From positions 32,001 to 96,000 of the forward strand of contig JASFLY010000003.1 in NCBI GenBank assembly GCA_050117845.1: a stretch of DNA of 64,000 nt, in the 5' to 3' direction. A program made the translations under genes and the position numbers. This stretch comes from Candidatus Zixiibacteriota bacterium (GTDB taxonomy: Bacteria > RBG-13-66-14 > B26-G2 > WVWN01). Below the pieces are notes generated by a model. It saw only the letters and a list, made by a program, of their open reading frames with translations, did no database searches and was not told the origin of the DNA. Positions 19,298-30,187 of this stretch are shown one piece after another (position 1 is the stretch's first letter; each line of letters opens with the position of its first letter).

Positions 19298-19320
19298 CGA
19301 TATCTCCTACTCCCCCAAGT

Positions 19321-20715
19321 TCAGGCGGACTTCTCGCGCAACAACTCGAGTAGTCGTTCGCGTTCATTGAGGGACTGATCCTCCAGCACGCGCTCGAGCA
19401 GATATCCGAGTGCTTCGCCGACGGCCGGCCCGGCCGCGATGCCGAGTTCGGTCATCACGTCGTGGCCGTTAACGGCGAGGTCCTTCTCCGTGAACGCCTC
19501 TTCCCGGGCAATGGCCTCGTTTATGCGGCGCTCCAGCGCCCGGAGGTACGCCGGGAAGCCGTAATTCGTCCCGTTCCCGAACCAGTCAGCGATGCGCAGG
19601 TCGAAGAGGTCCGCGATGTTCTCCCGGCCGACCTTACGGATGAAACGCCGCACCGCCGCGTCCGTCCACTGCGAAGTGTACCCGAACATATGGTGGTAGA
19701 CGAGGTGCAGGACGTGGTCCCGGTCCTTCTTGCTGAAACGGAGGCGGTTCATAATGTCGCGGGCCATACGCCGGCTCACGGCCTGGTGATTGTAGAAGGT
19801 CACCCGGCCTTCACGCACGACCCGGGTCCGGGGCTTGCCTATGTCGTGCAGCAAAGCCGCCAGCCGCACGAGCGGTTTCTTCGCGGGCGCGGCGTCGCAG
19901 GAATAGAGGGCGTGGGTATAGACGTCGTGCGCGTGGAATTCGTTCTGGGTAACGCTGTACCCTTCCAGGAGTTCGGGTACGGAGAGTTCCAAAAGGCCGG
20001 TTTCCCGCATGAGGTCGATGCCGTACGAGGGCCGCTCGGCCGTCGCGAGCATCTTCATTAGTTCGCCCCGTACGCGTTCGACCGCGACCATCCGGACGCG
20101 CTCCAGCACTTTCGGTATGGCTTGGAGGGTTTCGGCTTCTATCTCGAATTCGAAGCGCGCCGCGAGCCGGATCGCCCGTAGCGGCCGCAGGCCGTCCTCG
20201 CGGAAACGCTCCTCCGCGTTCCCCACCGCCCGCACGATCCCCTGCTCGAAGTCCTCGACGCCGCGGTATAAATCTATGAACTCGTCCTCGAGCGGGTCGT
20301 AGGCGAAGGCGTTGAAGGTGAAATCGCGACGGCTGAGGTCCTCTTCCACGGCGGCCGCGTACGTCACGTCGTCCGGGTGTCGGGCGTCGCCGTATTTCCC
20401 GTCCCGGCGGAACGTCGTCACCTCGTACTCGCCGGCCTTGCCCAGGACCGTAATAGTGCCGTGCTTTATCCCGGTGGGCGCGGTACGAGGGAACAGCTTC
20501 CGCACCTCCTCCGGCCGGGCGTCCGTGGCCACGTCGAAATCCTCCGCCGGCAGGCCGGCTAGCAGGTCGCGCACGCCGCCCCCCACGAGGTACGCGCGCT
20601 TCCCCACGGCCTTCAAGGCCGCGACAAGCTCCCGTACCTCGGAGGGAATACCTTTCAGGTTCGCCCGGTCCAGCCGGTACTTGGGTTTCGCCTTCTTTTT
20701 GGTCTTTGCCGCCAT
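19321..20715 (-). CDS. cca: tRNA nucleotidyltransferase (CCA-adding type) with HD domain
   Basis: VGGGVRD, DFD, RRDFTFNA, EDGLR.LR, LLHDIGK. Confidence 0.9.
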   Translation of the reverse strand: MAAKTKKKAKPKYRLDRANLKGIPSEVRELVAALKAVGKRAYLVGGGVRDLLAGLPAEDFDVATDARPEEVRKLFPRTAPTGIKHGTITVLGKAGEYEVTTFRRDGKYGDARHPDDVTYAAAVEEDLSRRDFTFNAFAYDPLEDEFIDLYRGVEDFEQGIVRAVGNAEERFREDGLRPLRAIRLAARFEFEIEAETLQAIPKVLERVRMVAVERVRGELMKMLATAERPSYGIDLMRETGLLELSVPELLEGYSVTQNEFHAHDVYTHALYSCDAAPAKKPLVRLAALLHDIGKPRTRVVREGRVTFYNHQAVSRRMARDIMNRLRFSKKDRDHVLHLVYHHMFGYTSQWTDAAVRRFIRKVGRENIADLFDLRIADWFGNGTNYGFPAYLRALERRINEAIAREEAFTEKDLAVNGHDVMTELGIAAGPAVGEALGYLLERVLEDQSLNERERLLELLREKSA

Positions 20716-21096
20716 TTATCCCAACGCGATCGCGAATGCCATCGCGTATTCCCGCTCGTGGCTTATGGTGACCATAACGCTCGTTATGCCGCGTTCCGCC
20801 GCCAACTCCGCGGCCACGCCGCCGAGTTTGACCTGCGGCCGGTTGCCGTCCGCGTGGACTTCTATGTCCCTGTACGCCATGCCCCCCGGCACCGCCGGCG
20901 AGAGGGCCTTGACGACCGCTTCCTTGGCCGCGAAGCGGCCCGCCAGAGCGCCGGCGAAGTCGACGCGGGCCATGCAGTACTCCCGCTCCTCGGGAGCGTA
21001 CAGCCGCTCCAGGAAACGCTCGCCGAAGCGCTCGTACGCCCGGGCGACGCGTTTTATCTCTATCAGGTCGGCCCCTATGCCAAGTACCGCCGTCAT
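20716..21096 (-). CDS. acpS: Holo-ACP synthase
   Basis: [21 protein letters not shown] 21096 overlaps the pdxJ stop. Confidence 0.95.
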   Translation of the reverse strand: MTAVLGIGADLIEIKRVARAYERFGERFLERLYAPEEREYCMARVDFAGALAGRFAAKEAVVKALSPAVPGGMAYRDIEVHADGNRPQVKLGGVAAELAAERGITSVMVTISHEREYAMAFAIALG

Positions 21097-21821
21097 GGCG
21101 CCTCGGCCCGCGCCTCGCGCATCAGCGCGAGCATCCGCCGCGTGGCTTCTTCCAAGCCGTCGAAGACGGCCCGGGCCACGATGCTGTGGCCGATGTTTAG
21201 CTCCTCCAGTTCCGGAATCGCCGCCACCGGCTTGACGTTGAAGTAATTGAGGCCGTGCCCCGCGGCCACGCGCAGGCCCGCCGCCGCCGCGACCCGGGCC
21301 GCCGCCGCCAATTCCCCCAGCCGCGCCGCGACCTCGGCCGGGCCGGCGTTGGCGTACGCGCCGGTATGCAGTTCCACCGCCACGGCCCCAACCTCGCACG
21401 ACGCCGCGACCTGCTCCTCCGACGGCTCGACGAAGGTACTAACCGGTACGCCGCCGTTCGCGAGTTCCGCGACGACGTCTTTGAGCCGGCCTACGTTACC
21501 CGCCACGTCGAGGCCGCCCTCGGTCGTCAATTCCTCCCGGCGCTCCGGCACCAACGTAACGAAGGTCGGTTTGTACTTCAGCGCCATGGCCACCATCGCG
21601 CCGGTGGCCGCCATCTCGAGGTCTATGCCGGACGCCACGGTACGACTCATTACGTCTAGGTCCCGCTCCTGGACGTGACGCCGGTCCTCGCGGACGTGGA
21701 TGGTGATGTGGGCCGCGCCGCCCCGTTCCGCGGCGAACGCCGCGGCCACCGGGTCGGGCTCGAAGGTCTGGCGGGCCTGTCGGAGCGTGGCGACGTGGTC
21801 GACGTTTACTCCCAACCTCAT
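21093..21821 (-). CDS. pdxJ: Pyridoxine 5'-phosphate synthase
   Basis: [35 protein letters not shown]. Confidence 0.97.
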   Translation of the reverse strand: MRLGVNVDHVATLRQARQTFEPDPVAAAFAAERGGAAHITIHVREDRRHVQERDLDVMSRTVASGIDLEMAATGAMVAMALKYKPTFVTLVPERREELTTEGGLDVAGNVGRLKDVVAELANGGVPVSTFVEPSEEQVAASCEVGAVAVELHTGAYANAGPAEVAARLGELAAAARVAAAAGLRVAAGHGLNYFNVKPVAAIPELEELNIGHSIVARAVFDGLEEATRRMLALMREARAEAP

Positions 21822-22666
21822 GGATTCTCCTCGAGTTCGCTATTCCCCGGCAACGGTACCGTCGTCCGTTCCCGCCGGGAGAAAGTTATATATTCCTCGT
21901 ATCCCGCGTCGCGGGCGAGTTCCACCGCCCGGGCGAATTCGTGCCCCACTTCATCGGGCCGGTGGGCGTCCGAACCGAACGTTACGGGTATCCCGGCCTC
22001 CCGGGCCCGCCTCAACAGGTCCGGCCGCGGATATATCTCGCCCACCGTTTTCCTGAGGCCGCCCGTATTTATTTCCATTACCATACGCGCCGCCGCCACC
22101 GCCGCCAGGGCGGCGTCCTCGGCGTCGGTCACGTCGTCCTCGGGGAAACGGCCGAACTTCTTCGGTATGTCCGGATGCCCCCAGACGTCGTACAGGCCGG
22201 TCCGGGCCATATCCGCAACCAGGCCGTAGTAGTCGCGATAAAGCGCCGTCATGTCGGCCCGGCGGTATCGTTCCAGGCCCCGGCTGTCGTCGAAGGGCCA
22301 ATCGCCGATCCAGTGCACCGACCCGTAGACGTAATCGAACGGCAACGGCGCCAGGACCTCCGCCAACCGGCCCTCCTGCCCTGGGATGTAGTCCGCCTCC
22401 ACGCCCAGGAGTATAGGCGCTCCCGCCTCCTCCCGGACCCGTAAAACGTCCTCGACGTAAGCCGGCAACTCCTCGTACGGCATCGCGAGCTCGGGGTCGG
22501 CCATGGAGGGGTCGAGAAACGGAAGGTGGTCGTTGAAACCCACTCCGGCCAAGCGAGCGCCGGCCGTCGCATATTCGGCCAGCGTTCCCTCGGCGTGGCC
22601 GCAACGCGCCGTATGGACGTGATGGTCGACCGGGAGCCGGCCGCCGGACCGGGCGCTACTCACCAT
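21818..22666 (-). CDS. Histidinol-phosphatase, PHP (HisJ) family
   Basis: DHHVHT..CGHA, DH, GSVH, GHPD, EINT.G, GSDAH. Confidence 0.88.
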   Translation of the reverse strand: MVSSARSGGRLPVDHHVHTARCGHAEGTLAEYATAGARLAGVGFNDHLPFLDPSMADPELAMPYEELPAYVEDVLRVREEAGAPILLGVEADYIPGQEGRLAEVLAPLPFDYVYGSVHWIGDWPFDDSRGLERYRRADMTALYRDYYGLVADMARTGLYDVWGHPDIPKKFGRFPEDDVTDAEDAALAAVAAARMVMEINTGGLRKTVGEIYPRPDLLRRAREAGIPVTFGSDAHRPDEVGHEFARAVELARDAGYEEYITFSRRERTTVPLPGNSELEENP

Positions 22667-23300
22667 CCTCCTCTATCTCCTCGTCGTCGAGCGGCGGGAA
22701 CTCGTCCGCCGGAAGGTCTTCCGGCCCCCCCTCGTCCGTCGTCCCCTTTTCATCGGACTTCAGGTAATCGTCGATAAGTTTCTTGACATCCAGACCCTCG
22801 TACCCTTCACCCCGTATCTTCTTCATTACGGCGCCGTACAGCGCCGGGGCGACCTTGACGACGTGCGGCCCCAAAAAGCTGCTTCCCAGGTCCCGTTCAA
22901 GTTTCGGGAAAAACGGGAAGAGCGCTAGAATGAGCGCCACGACGCTCGCGAAGATAATGCCCCGGGCCGCCCCGAACGCGCCCCCGGCCAGACGGTCGAA
23001 CCAGCCCACGAAAAGGCGTTTCGCCCCCTTGTGGAGTACGTGCCCCAACCAACTTACGCCGGCCGCGATGACGCAGAACACGACGGCGAACGCGATTAAG
23101 TTCCCCATCCCCGGCTTGGCGTCCAACCACCCCTCGACGCTCCACCCCAGCGCCTCGTACGACCGGAGGCCGGCGAAGAGACCCAGAATAATGCCGCCCA
23201 GGTTGAATACCTCCCGGAGGATACCGCGCCGGAGGCCCATTACGCAATTCGCGGCGACGATTATCGCGAGTACGACGTCGACCCAGTTAAGGCTTCGCAT
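22656..23300 (-). CDS. CvpA family membrane protein
   Basis: G..RG..RE, DRLAGGAFGAARG. Confidence 0.85.
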   Translation of the reverse strand: MRSLNWVDVVLAIIVAANCVMGLRRGILREVFNLGGIILGLFAGLRSYEALGWSVEGWLDAKPGMGNLIAFAVVFCVIAAGVSWLGHVLHKGAKRLFVGWFDRLAGGAFGAARGIIFASVVALILALFPFFPKLERDLGSSFLGPHVVKVAPALYGAVMKKIRGEGYEGLDVKKLIDDYLKSDEKGTTDEGGPEDLPADEFPPLDDEEIEEDGE

Positions 23301-23895
23301 CCGACTTCCTCGCTTGGCGTAAGTAGTAGTGCTTGATCTCGGCCCACGAGCAGGCTTCGGTCTGTTCGTTCTCGAGAACGCGGGGGCTCCCCGAACCGGT
23401 CTTGTCGGTCAGGCCGACGATAAGCCAGGGGGCGTCGGCGTCCGCCCGGCCGAAATCGAAAATGACGTCGCCGCGGGCGTAAAAGCAGAAAGTGGGCTCG
23501 CGCCACACGCGGACGCGCACGTCCATCGGCAGGGACGAAAATGAGGTCGCCCCCTCCCGTGGCACCCCCACGGCTTCATCCTTCGTAACCATCTCGAAAA
23601 CGATGTGGAAGGCCTCCGCGAATAGGGCCCGGCTCGCCTCCATCTCCTCGTCGTAACCCCAGCGCTCCGGGAAGCCGTCCGGCGGATTCTCGACGCGCGC
23701 TTCGAACGCGCCCGGGGAAAACAGGGCGGCGTACGCCTCGAAGTCCGGCGCATTGTAAGCCAATTTTAATGTATACAGGGTAGCGGCGGGCGTGGGGACG
23801 GACTTCTTCGGAGGCGGCGGGGCCGGGCCGCCGCAGGACGCCGCGAACGCGGCCGCGCCCAACGCCGCGCCGAGACGCAAAGCGTTCCGTATCAC
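23287..23895 (-). CDS. Hypothetical lipoprotein (possibly NTF2-like)
   Basis: GTG overlapping thiDN stop (TAGTG); lipobox FAAS-C; Pro-rich linker. Confidence 0.65.
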   Translation of the reverse strand: MIRNALRLGAALGAAAFAASCGGPAPPPPKKSVPTPAATLYTLKLAYNAPDFEAYAALFSPGAFEARVENPPDGFPERWGYDEEMEASRALFAEAFHIVFEMVTKDEAVGVPREGATSFSSLPMDVRVRVWREPTFCFYARGDVIFDFGRADADAPWLIVGLTDKTGSGSPRVLENEQTEACSWAEIKHYYLRQARKSDAKP

Positions 23896-25262
23896 TAAAG
23901 CCTTCGAGATATCGCTACCGCCCGACGCACGACCTCGATGGCGTCGCGCCCGAAGAGCCGCACCATCGGTTCCTTCCCGACGGCCCCGCAGTCGTATACC
24001 ACGTCCGGCACGGCCTCGTTTCCCCCGGCCGCCGCCCGGCCGACGCCCCATTGCAGCGTCGTCCCCTCGGCGGAGGCGTCTTCCTCCGGCTCGTCGCCCC
24101 GGTCGAAACTCGCCATCCGATAACCCAACTCCGAACAGGCCGCTATAACGTCCTCGCCGTAACGGACGTTCATGGCCGCCCGGTACGACGGGTCGTATTT
24201 CATCACCGTCTTCACCGCCCGGGCCATATGGCCGCTGGCGCCGAAGGCCGGGTGGCCGTACGATTCCACGCCGTGGTTTATCCGGATTATCCTGCCCGGC
24301 ACCGCGCATATCTCGCTTTCGTCGTGTGCCGTCGGGAGGGCGTAAACGATATTGGTTCCGACCTCCGGTATAAGCTTGTACGTATTGGCCGCCGCGCTGA
24401 AGATGTTAACGGCGCGCGCGACGTTATTGTATACCCGCCAGCGTTCGGCGTCGTCGAACACGGCCGCCGTCCGGTTCGGGACCCGTACCCCGGTCCCCGG
24501 TGCGTACGCGGCCGCCACGGCCGCCGTCGCGTATTCCTCGGCCTGCTGGAACGCCGCCATGAGGTCGAGCCCCTGGGCCATGTATCCGGCGATAGCGGCC
24601 GCTATCAAGCAACCCGTGCCGTGGATATTCCCGGCGACGCGGGTCCGCCGGTATTCCCGCATCTCGGAACCCGTGAATAAAATGTCCGCGACGTCGCCGT
24701 CGCCGCCGTCGTCGCCGATATGGCCGCCGGTCGCCAGGACCGCGGGGCCGTAACGGCTCTGGAATACGCGAACCTGCGTCCGCAGTTCCCCCTGGTTCGC
24801 GGCCGGTTGGTCACCGATGAGGCTCGCGAGTTCGAGCGTGTTCGGCGTGACGAGCGTTACCCGGGGCAACACCACGTCGCCGAATATCTTTTCCGGAACT
24901 CCCTCATACAGGGGCTGGCCGTTCCCCGCTACCGTAACGGGGTCGAATACGACAGGCACGCCGGCGTCAAGCCATCGCGTTAGGTACGGGTCGAGCGCGT
25001 GGACCAGCACGTCCGAGGCCAACATGCCCAACTTGACGGCACCGACGTCGACGTCCTCGAGGAGCGCGTCGAGTTGCGCTACCATGTCACGTTCGGCGAC
25101 GGCCCCGAAACCGGATACGCCGCGCGTACTCTGGTACGTCAAAGCCGTCGCGACCGAGACGCCGTGAACGCCGATTACGGCGAAACTGATACAATCCGCC
25201 GTTATGCCGGCCCCGGTGGAGGGGTCCAATCCGCCGATAGCCAAAGCGACTTTCCTACTCAT
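23895..25262 (-). CDS. thiD: HMP/HMP-P kinase fused to ThiN-type thiamine-phosphate synthase (ThiDN)
   Basis: GLDPSTGAGITAD, VKLGML, TPN..E, HGTGC; C-terminal LIPEVGTN, PGRI, FGASGHMAR, SFDR..EP, GKEPM. Confidence 0.9.
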   Translation of the reverse strand: MSRKVALAIGGLDPSTGAGITADCISFAVIGVHGVSVATALTYQSTRGVSGFGAVAERDMVAQLDALLEDVDVGAVKLGMLASDVLVHALDPYLTRWLDAGVPVVFDPVTVAGNGQPLYEGVPEKIFGDVVLPRVTLVTPNTLELASLIGDQPAANQGELRTQVRVFQSRYGPAVLATGGHIGDDGGDGDVADILFTGSEMREYRRTRVAGNIHGTGCLIAAAIAGYMAQGLDLMAAFQQAEEYATAAVAAAYAPGTGVRVPNRTAAVFDDAERWRVYNNVARAVNIFSAAANTYKLIPEVGTNIVYALPTAHDESEICAVPGRIIRINHGVESYGHPAFGASGHMARAVKTVMKYDPSYRAAMNVRYGEDVIAACSELGYRMASFDRGDEPEEDASAEGTTLQWGVGRAAAGGNEAVPDVVYDCGAVGKEPMVRLFGRDAIEVVRRAVAISRRL

Positions 25263-26412
25263 CCGCGTCTCCCTCGCTTTCGGCCGTACCGGCCTTCACG
25301 ACGGCCTCGCCCCCTTCTTCCGCCGCTTTCTTCTCGTACTCCTCGAAAACCTCGTCGGGTATCAATAAATCAGCGTCTTCCGGTATCTCGACGACTTTAA
25401 GCTTACTCCCGTCGACGATATGAATGGGCATCTTATCGCTCCCAAGGTAATTGTAAGGATCGACCGGAACGCCGTTGATGCGGACCTCGTAGTGAAGGTG
25501 GCTGCCGGTCGCCAGGCCGGTAGCCCCGACGCGACCGATTATATCGTTCCGCTCGACCCGGTCCCCTTTCTTGACGTCGGCGGTCGACAGGTGGCCGTAG
25601 CGAGTCGTGAAACCGCCGCCGTGGTCCAGGAAAATTACCTGGCCGTAATAGGGATACGGCCCGGCCGTCGTTACTACGCCCTCCGCCGGGGCCCGTACGG
25701 CCGTTCCCAGAGGCGCCGCTATGTCGAGGCCCACGTGCACGCGGCCTCGCCACCGGCGGGCGCCGAAGTACGACGTTATGACGCCCGTGACAGGCGTCAT
25801 GTCGGGCACGTCGGCCAAAAGCGACTTGCGCCGTTCCAACAAGCGCCGCAGGACCAGGAACTCCTTTTCGCAGCCGCGGCAATCCAGGTACAACTGGGAC
25901 TCGTGCCGCCGGGCCTCTAGGCCGAAGCGTTCCTCGTCGAGACGATACAAGGCGTCAAAATAATCCGCTTCCGTTAACGCCGGCCCGCCGGAGCCCAATT
26001 CCTTGGCCGATTTCGCGTCCAGCTTGAACCCGGCCATTATTCTGAGGTCGGTGTAAAACTTGTCCAACCTCTTGAGCGCGGCGTCAAGCTCCTCGACGCG
26101 CAAGGCGTAATCGTCGCGTTCTTTCTGTACCTCGAAACTGAGTTTGGATATAACCTCGTCGCGGCGCGCGATTTCGGTAGTAAGGTCGGCGTTCGTCGCC
26201 TCGAGGTCCCGGTTGCGCTCGAAGGTAGGGTTTACGGCCTTTTCCATGGCCCGGAAATTGTAATACAGGGTGACCGCAACACCCGTTACGGCCGCCGTTG
26301 TGCATAATATGAACGCCAGTCCCGCGACGATGATATGGCGATGGAGGTATATCGACCGGGATCGCCCCGAGGAATGCGAACATATCATCAACGTATAGTC
26401 TCTTTTAAACAT
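25255..26412 (-). CDS. M23 family peptidase (TM + coiled coil); alternative TTG start at 26427
   Basis: HVGLD, TRYGHL, GSHLHYEV. Confidence 0.9.
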   Translation of the reverse strand: MFKRDYTLMICSHSSGRSRSIYLHRHIIVAGLAFILCTTAAVTGVAVTLYYNFRAMEKAVNPTFERNRDLEATNADLTTEIARRDEVISKLSFEVQKERDDYALRVEELDAALKRLDKFYTDLRIMAGFKLDAKSAKELGSGGPALTEADYFDALYRLDEERFGLEARRHESQLYLDCRGCEKEFLVLRRLLERRKSLLADVPDMTPVTGVITSYFGARRWRGRVHVGLDIAAPLGTAVRAPAEGVVTTAGPYPYYGQVIFLDHGGGFTTRYGHLSTADVKKGDRVERNDIIGRVGATGLATGSHLHYEVRINGVPVDPYNYLGSDKMPIHIVDGSKLKVVEIPEDADLLIPDEVFEEYEKKAAEEGGEAVVKAGTAESEGDADE

Positions 26413-26439
26413 ATCGCTACCGTCCAATATAGGACGTAA

Positions 26440-26468
26440 ATTCTACCAGAAAGCGGCCGTTAAATCAA
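26440..26468 (-). promoter_or_regulatory. Promoter for the M23-thiDN-...-cca operon
   Basis: TTGATT-N17-TAGAAT. Confidence 0.6.
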
Positions 26469-26493
26469 CGGCGCAGCCGGCCGCCGGCCGGTT

Positions 26494-26522
26494 AAAAAAA
26501 CCCCGGCGCCGGGCCGGGGTTT
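26494..26522 (-). terminator. Terminator of the nuo operon
   Basis: CCCCGGC/GCCGGGG stem followed by T7 on minus strand. Confidence 0.75.
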
Positions 26523-26536
26523 GGGATTCCTGGGAA

Positions 26537-28057
26537 TTATATTACGGGTATGGCGAGAAGCAGAGGTTCGATAGCGCCTCGGGCCCAGGTTACGAGCAGG
26601 TGCGGCCAAACGCCGAGGAGAAGCGTGAACAGGACGCAAATCAACAGGACCACCGCCGCCGCCGCGGGAACGCCCCGCACGTCCTCGCCCTCGCCTTTGT
26701 CGAAGTACATCGGCTTCAATATACGGGCGTAGAGGAAGAGCGCGGCCACACTGGCCAGTATCGCGACGACCGCCAGGAAGATGTAGTTGCCGGCGACGAG
26801 CGCGGCCAGTATATAGAATTTCGCGAAGAACCCGGCGAGGGGCGGTATCCCGGCCAGGGCCAGAAGGAATACCGACAACGCGACGGCGAGCAGCGGGTGC
26901 CGCCGTCCCATGCCGGCGTAACTATCGAGGTCGTACTTGCCCGTAACGTGGCCTATGACGGCCACCGTGCCGAAGGCTCCGACGTTCATCGCCGCGTAAA
27001 GGGCGAGGTACACCAGAACCGACGAGAAGCCGATAGCCGTATCGGCGACGATGCCGAGCAGAACGAAGCCGGCGTGGGCGATGGAGGAATACGCGAGTAT
27101 GCGCCGCACGTCCTTTTGTACGATACCGATGACGACGCCGAAAACCATCGACGCGATAGCGAGAGCCCCGAGGTATTTCGTCCAACCACCGTAGACCATG
27201 TTAAGCGGCCCGTGCAACGCCAGGACCAACCTCATTATAACGGCGAACCCGGAAGCCTTTGAAGCGACCGACAGGAACGCCGCTATCGGCGTGGGCGCGC
27301 CCTGATAGGCGTCGGGGGCCCACATGTGGAAGGGCACCGCCGAGATTTTATAACCCAGGCCAACGAGGATAAGGGCGAACGCCAGGAAGATGAATCCGGC
27401 CGGCATCGTGGCCGCGGCACCGGTAGTCGGCGCCAGGACGGACAGGCAGCTCCCCGCCCCGCAGAACCATTCCACGTGGGGCAGGTTCTGCGCGATAACG
27501 CCCAGGTCCGTGGACCCGCTCATCCCGTAAAGGAGCGTGAATCCGAGCAGCATCACCGCCGAGGCCACGGCCCCATAGAGGAAATACTTGAGGCCCGCCT
27601 CCGCGGAGAAACGGTCGCCGCGGAGGTATCCGACCAGGACGTAGGAAAGGATACTCGAGAACTCGATGGCGACGTAGATAAGGATGAGGTTGGTGGAGGA
27701 CGCCATGAAGGCGACGGCGCAGGTAACGAGCATCAAAAGCGCGTAGTATTCCGGCCGGTCCCGGTCGCCGAGCGGCCCGTAGCCGGCCGACAACAGCGCC
27801 ACCAGCGCGAGCGTCGCCGTGAATATCACCGTAAAGACCACGAAGAGGGGGTCGACGGTCAACGCCCCGAACCAGGAGGTCGCGGGTCGGACCCAGAGCC
27901 ATATCGCGGCCGCTGCCGCCGCGGCGGCCACGACGACCGTGTAGTAGGGCGCCACGGCCCCGGCGAAGCGCCGCGACATAAGGCCGATGCAGACCAGCAA
28001 CATCGCGCCGCCGGCGAGGATCATATGGGGCGAAAGGCTAAGCCAGTTGAATTCCAT
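26537..28057 (-). CDS. nuoN: Complex I subunit N
   Basis: EAGLKYF, KISAVPFHMWAPDAYQGAPTP, LAYSSIAHAG, GIPPLAGF. Confidence 0.95.
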   Translation of the reverse strand: MEFNWLSLSPHMILAGGAMLLVCIGLMSRRFAGAVAPYYTVVVAAAAAAAAIWLWVRPATSWFGALTVDPLFVVFTVIFTATLALVALLSAGYGPLGDRDRPEYYALLMLVTCAVAFMASSTNLILIYVAIEFSSILSYVLVGYLRGDRFSAEAGLKYFLYGAVASAVMLLGFTLLYGMSGSTDLGVIAQNLPHVEWFCGAGSCLSVLAPTTGAAATMPAGFIFLAFALILVGLGYKISAVPFHMWAPDAYQGAPTPIAAFLSVASKASGFAVIMRLVLALHGPLNMVYGGWTKYLGALAIASMVFGVVIGIVQKDVRRILAYSSIAHAGFVLLGIVADTAIGFSSVLVYLALYAAMNVGAFGTVAVIGHVTGKYDLDSYAGMGRRHPLLAVALSVFLLALAGIPPLAGFFAKFYILAALVAGNYIFLAVVAILASVAALFLYARILKPMYFDKGEGEDVRGVPAAAAVVLLICVLFTLLLGVWPHLLVTWARGAIEPLLLAIPVI

Positions 28058-28070
28058 AATCGTACGCCGC

Positions 28071-29555
28071 TTACTTGAGCGCCATCATAAAGCGCGAGAG
28101 TTCGGACAGCGCCGGGTCCATTAGCTTTATCAGGATCGACGGGTAAACGCCGATAAGAACCATAAGTATCATGAGCGGGATGACGGTCACGAGTTCGCGG
28201 AAATTGATGTCCGGCAGGTCCGCCCAGCGCTCGTTCAACTTGCCCAGGAACATCCGGCGGATGGTCCAGAGGAAATACCCCGCGGTGATGACGATGCCCG
28301 CGCCGGAGATTATAACCAGCACCGGGTATACGGGGAAGGCGCCGGCCAGAGACAGGAACTCGGACACGAAGCCGGACAGGCCGGGCAGGCCGAGCGAGGC
28401 GAACATCGTGAACGACATGATGCCGACGTAAACCGGTACGCGAACCGCCAGGCCGCTGAAGGCCTCGATTTGCCGGGTGTGGGCGCGGTCGTAAAGGACG
28501 CCCACCAAAAGGAACAACGCGCCCGTGATGATGCCGTGGTTGACCATCTGCATCATGGCGCCGTTGAGGCCCGTGGGCGTCATGGCCGCGGCGCCGAGCA
28601 GCACGAAGCCCATGTGGCCCACCGACGAGTACGCGATGAGCTTCTTCAGGTCCTTCTGCGCCATTGCGACCAGTGAGCCATATACGATGTTAATCACGCC
28701 CAATATCGCGAGGGGCCACGAGAACCAGTGCGCGCCCGTCGGCAATATGGGGTACGAGATGCGCAATAGGCCGTACCCGCCCATCTTCAGGAGGACGCCG
28801 GCCAGCAGGACCGATATCGCGGTCGGCGCCTCGACGTGGGCGTCGGGCAACCACGTGTGGAACGGGAAGACAGGCACTTTAATCGCGAACCCCACGTATA
28901 AGGCCAGGAAGACGATAATCTGGAAGGTCCGGACGAAGTTCCCCTGCTGACGCATGAGTTCCAGCATGTCGAAGGTGTGCGGCTGGGACGTGAAGTAGAG
29001 CGCCAGTATCCCCAGGAGCATTATTACGCTCCCCAGCAGGGTGTAAAGGAAGAACTTGATGGCGGCGTATTCGCGGCGCTGGCCGCCCCAGATGCCGATG
29101 AGGAAGTACATCGGCACCAGCATGACTTCCCAGAATACGTAGAACAGGAAGAGGTCCAGCGAGACGAACACGCCGAGCATTCCGGCCTCGAGCAGAAGGT
29201 ACAGCGCGAAATATTCCTTAATGCGTTCTTTAATCGAAAAAGAGGCGATGGCGGCTAAAACCGATAACAGCGTCGTAAGGATAAACAGCGGCATCGAAAG
29301 GCCGTCGATGCCGACGTGGTAAAAGATGTTTATCGACGGAATCCACTGATGGATCTCTTCGAATTGCATGGCGCCGGTGATGCCCGGGTCGAACGCCGTC
29401 AGGGCCCAAATGGAGAAGCCCAACGCCACGGCGGTAAACGCCACCGCGGTTGCCCGGATGCCGTTCACCCATCGTTCGGGCAACAGCAACACCACCACCA
29501 TACCCACGACCGGGGTAAATACGGTTACGGTTAATATGGGAAACGCCATCGCCAT
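28071..29555 (-). CDS. nuoM: Complex I subunit M
   Basis: GIDGLS, FWEVMLVPMY, HTWLPDAHVEAPT, LLKMG. Confidence 0.96.
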   Translation of the reverse strand: MAMAFPILTVTVFTPVVGMVVVLLLPERWVNGIRATAVAFTAVALGFSIWALTAFDPGITGAMQFEEIHQWIPSINIFYHVGIDGLSMPLFILTTLLSVLAAIASFSIKERIKEYFALYLLLEAGMLGVFVSLDLFLFYVFWEVMLVPMYFLIGIWGGQRREYAAIKFFLYTLLGSVIMLLGILALYFTSQPHTFDMLELMRQQGNFVRTFQIIVFLALYVGFAIKVPVFPFHTWLPDAHVEAPTAISVLLAGVLLKMGGYGLLRISYPILPTGAHWFSWPLAILGVINIVYGSLVAMAQKDLKKLIAYSSVGHMGFVLLGAAAMTPTGLNGAMMQMVNHGIITGALFLLVGVLYDRAHTRQIEAFSGLAVRVPVYVGIMSFTMFASLGLPGLSGFVSEFLSLAGAFPVYPVLVIISGAGIVITAGYFLWTIRRMFLGKLNERWADLPDINFRELVTVIPLMILMVLIGVYPSILIKLMDPALSELSRFMMALK

Positions 29556-29589
29556 TGCCTCCTACAAGGAATCCTCGCGCCGGCCGCCC

Positions 29590-30183
29590 TTACGGCATAC
29601 CGGCGAATTTCTCCAATTCTTCGGCCTCGGCCTGCGAGCCGTACGCCGGGACCGTGCCCGGCGCCAGCGCGGAATAAACGTACGCGGTGCCGAGGCTTGT
29701 CTTCGCCTCGCCGAGCCGGCCCAAATGATATTGCGCCCGGCCCAGGAGGTGCAGCGCCGCTATCGCCCGGATGGTCTGCGGATAGGCGGCGACGAGCCGT
29801 TCGGTTTGCGACGCGACGGTTTCGTAATCGTCGGCCTGTAAGGCCGTTACGATATCCTCGTACAGCGCGTCGAGTTCGGGCGGTTCGGGAGGTATCATTT
29901 CGAGGTAACGAGTGGCCTTCTCGTCGTCGCCCCGGGCGTCCTCGAGCTGGCTCAGGACGTAATAGGCCATAAAGCAACCGTCGTCTTCGGCGGCCGCGCG
30001 CTCGAAGTTGTCCCGGGCGCCCTTGACGTCGCCCTCGCTTATAGCGTCGTACCCCGCCCAGAAATAAGCCCGGCACTCGGCGTCGGCCGAGATTATTTCG
30101 GGGAACGGTAATTCCTCGGCCGCGGCGAAACCGACGGCCAGAAACACGCCAAGTACGAGAGTCGTTAAGTTTCTCTTCAACAT
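29590..30183 (-). CDS. Exported TPR-like protein inside the nuo operon
   Basis: Signal peptide; TPR-like helices (A...FERA, LLGRAQYHLG..EA). Confidence 0.7.
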   Translation of the reverse strand: MLKRNLTTLVLGVFLAVGFAAAEELPFPEIISADAECRAYFWAGYDAISEGDVKGARDNFERAAAEDDGCFMAYYVLSQLEDARGDDEKATRYLEMIPPEPPELDALYEDIVTALQADDYETVASQTERLVAAYPQTIRAIAALHLLGRAQYHLGRLGEAKTSLGTAYVYSALAPGTVPAYGSQAEAEELEKFAGMP

Positions 30184-30187
30184 ATTC

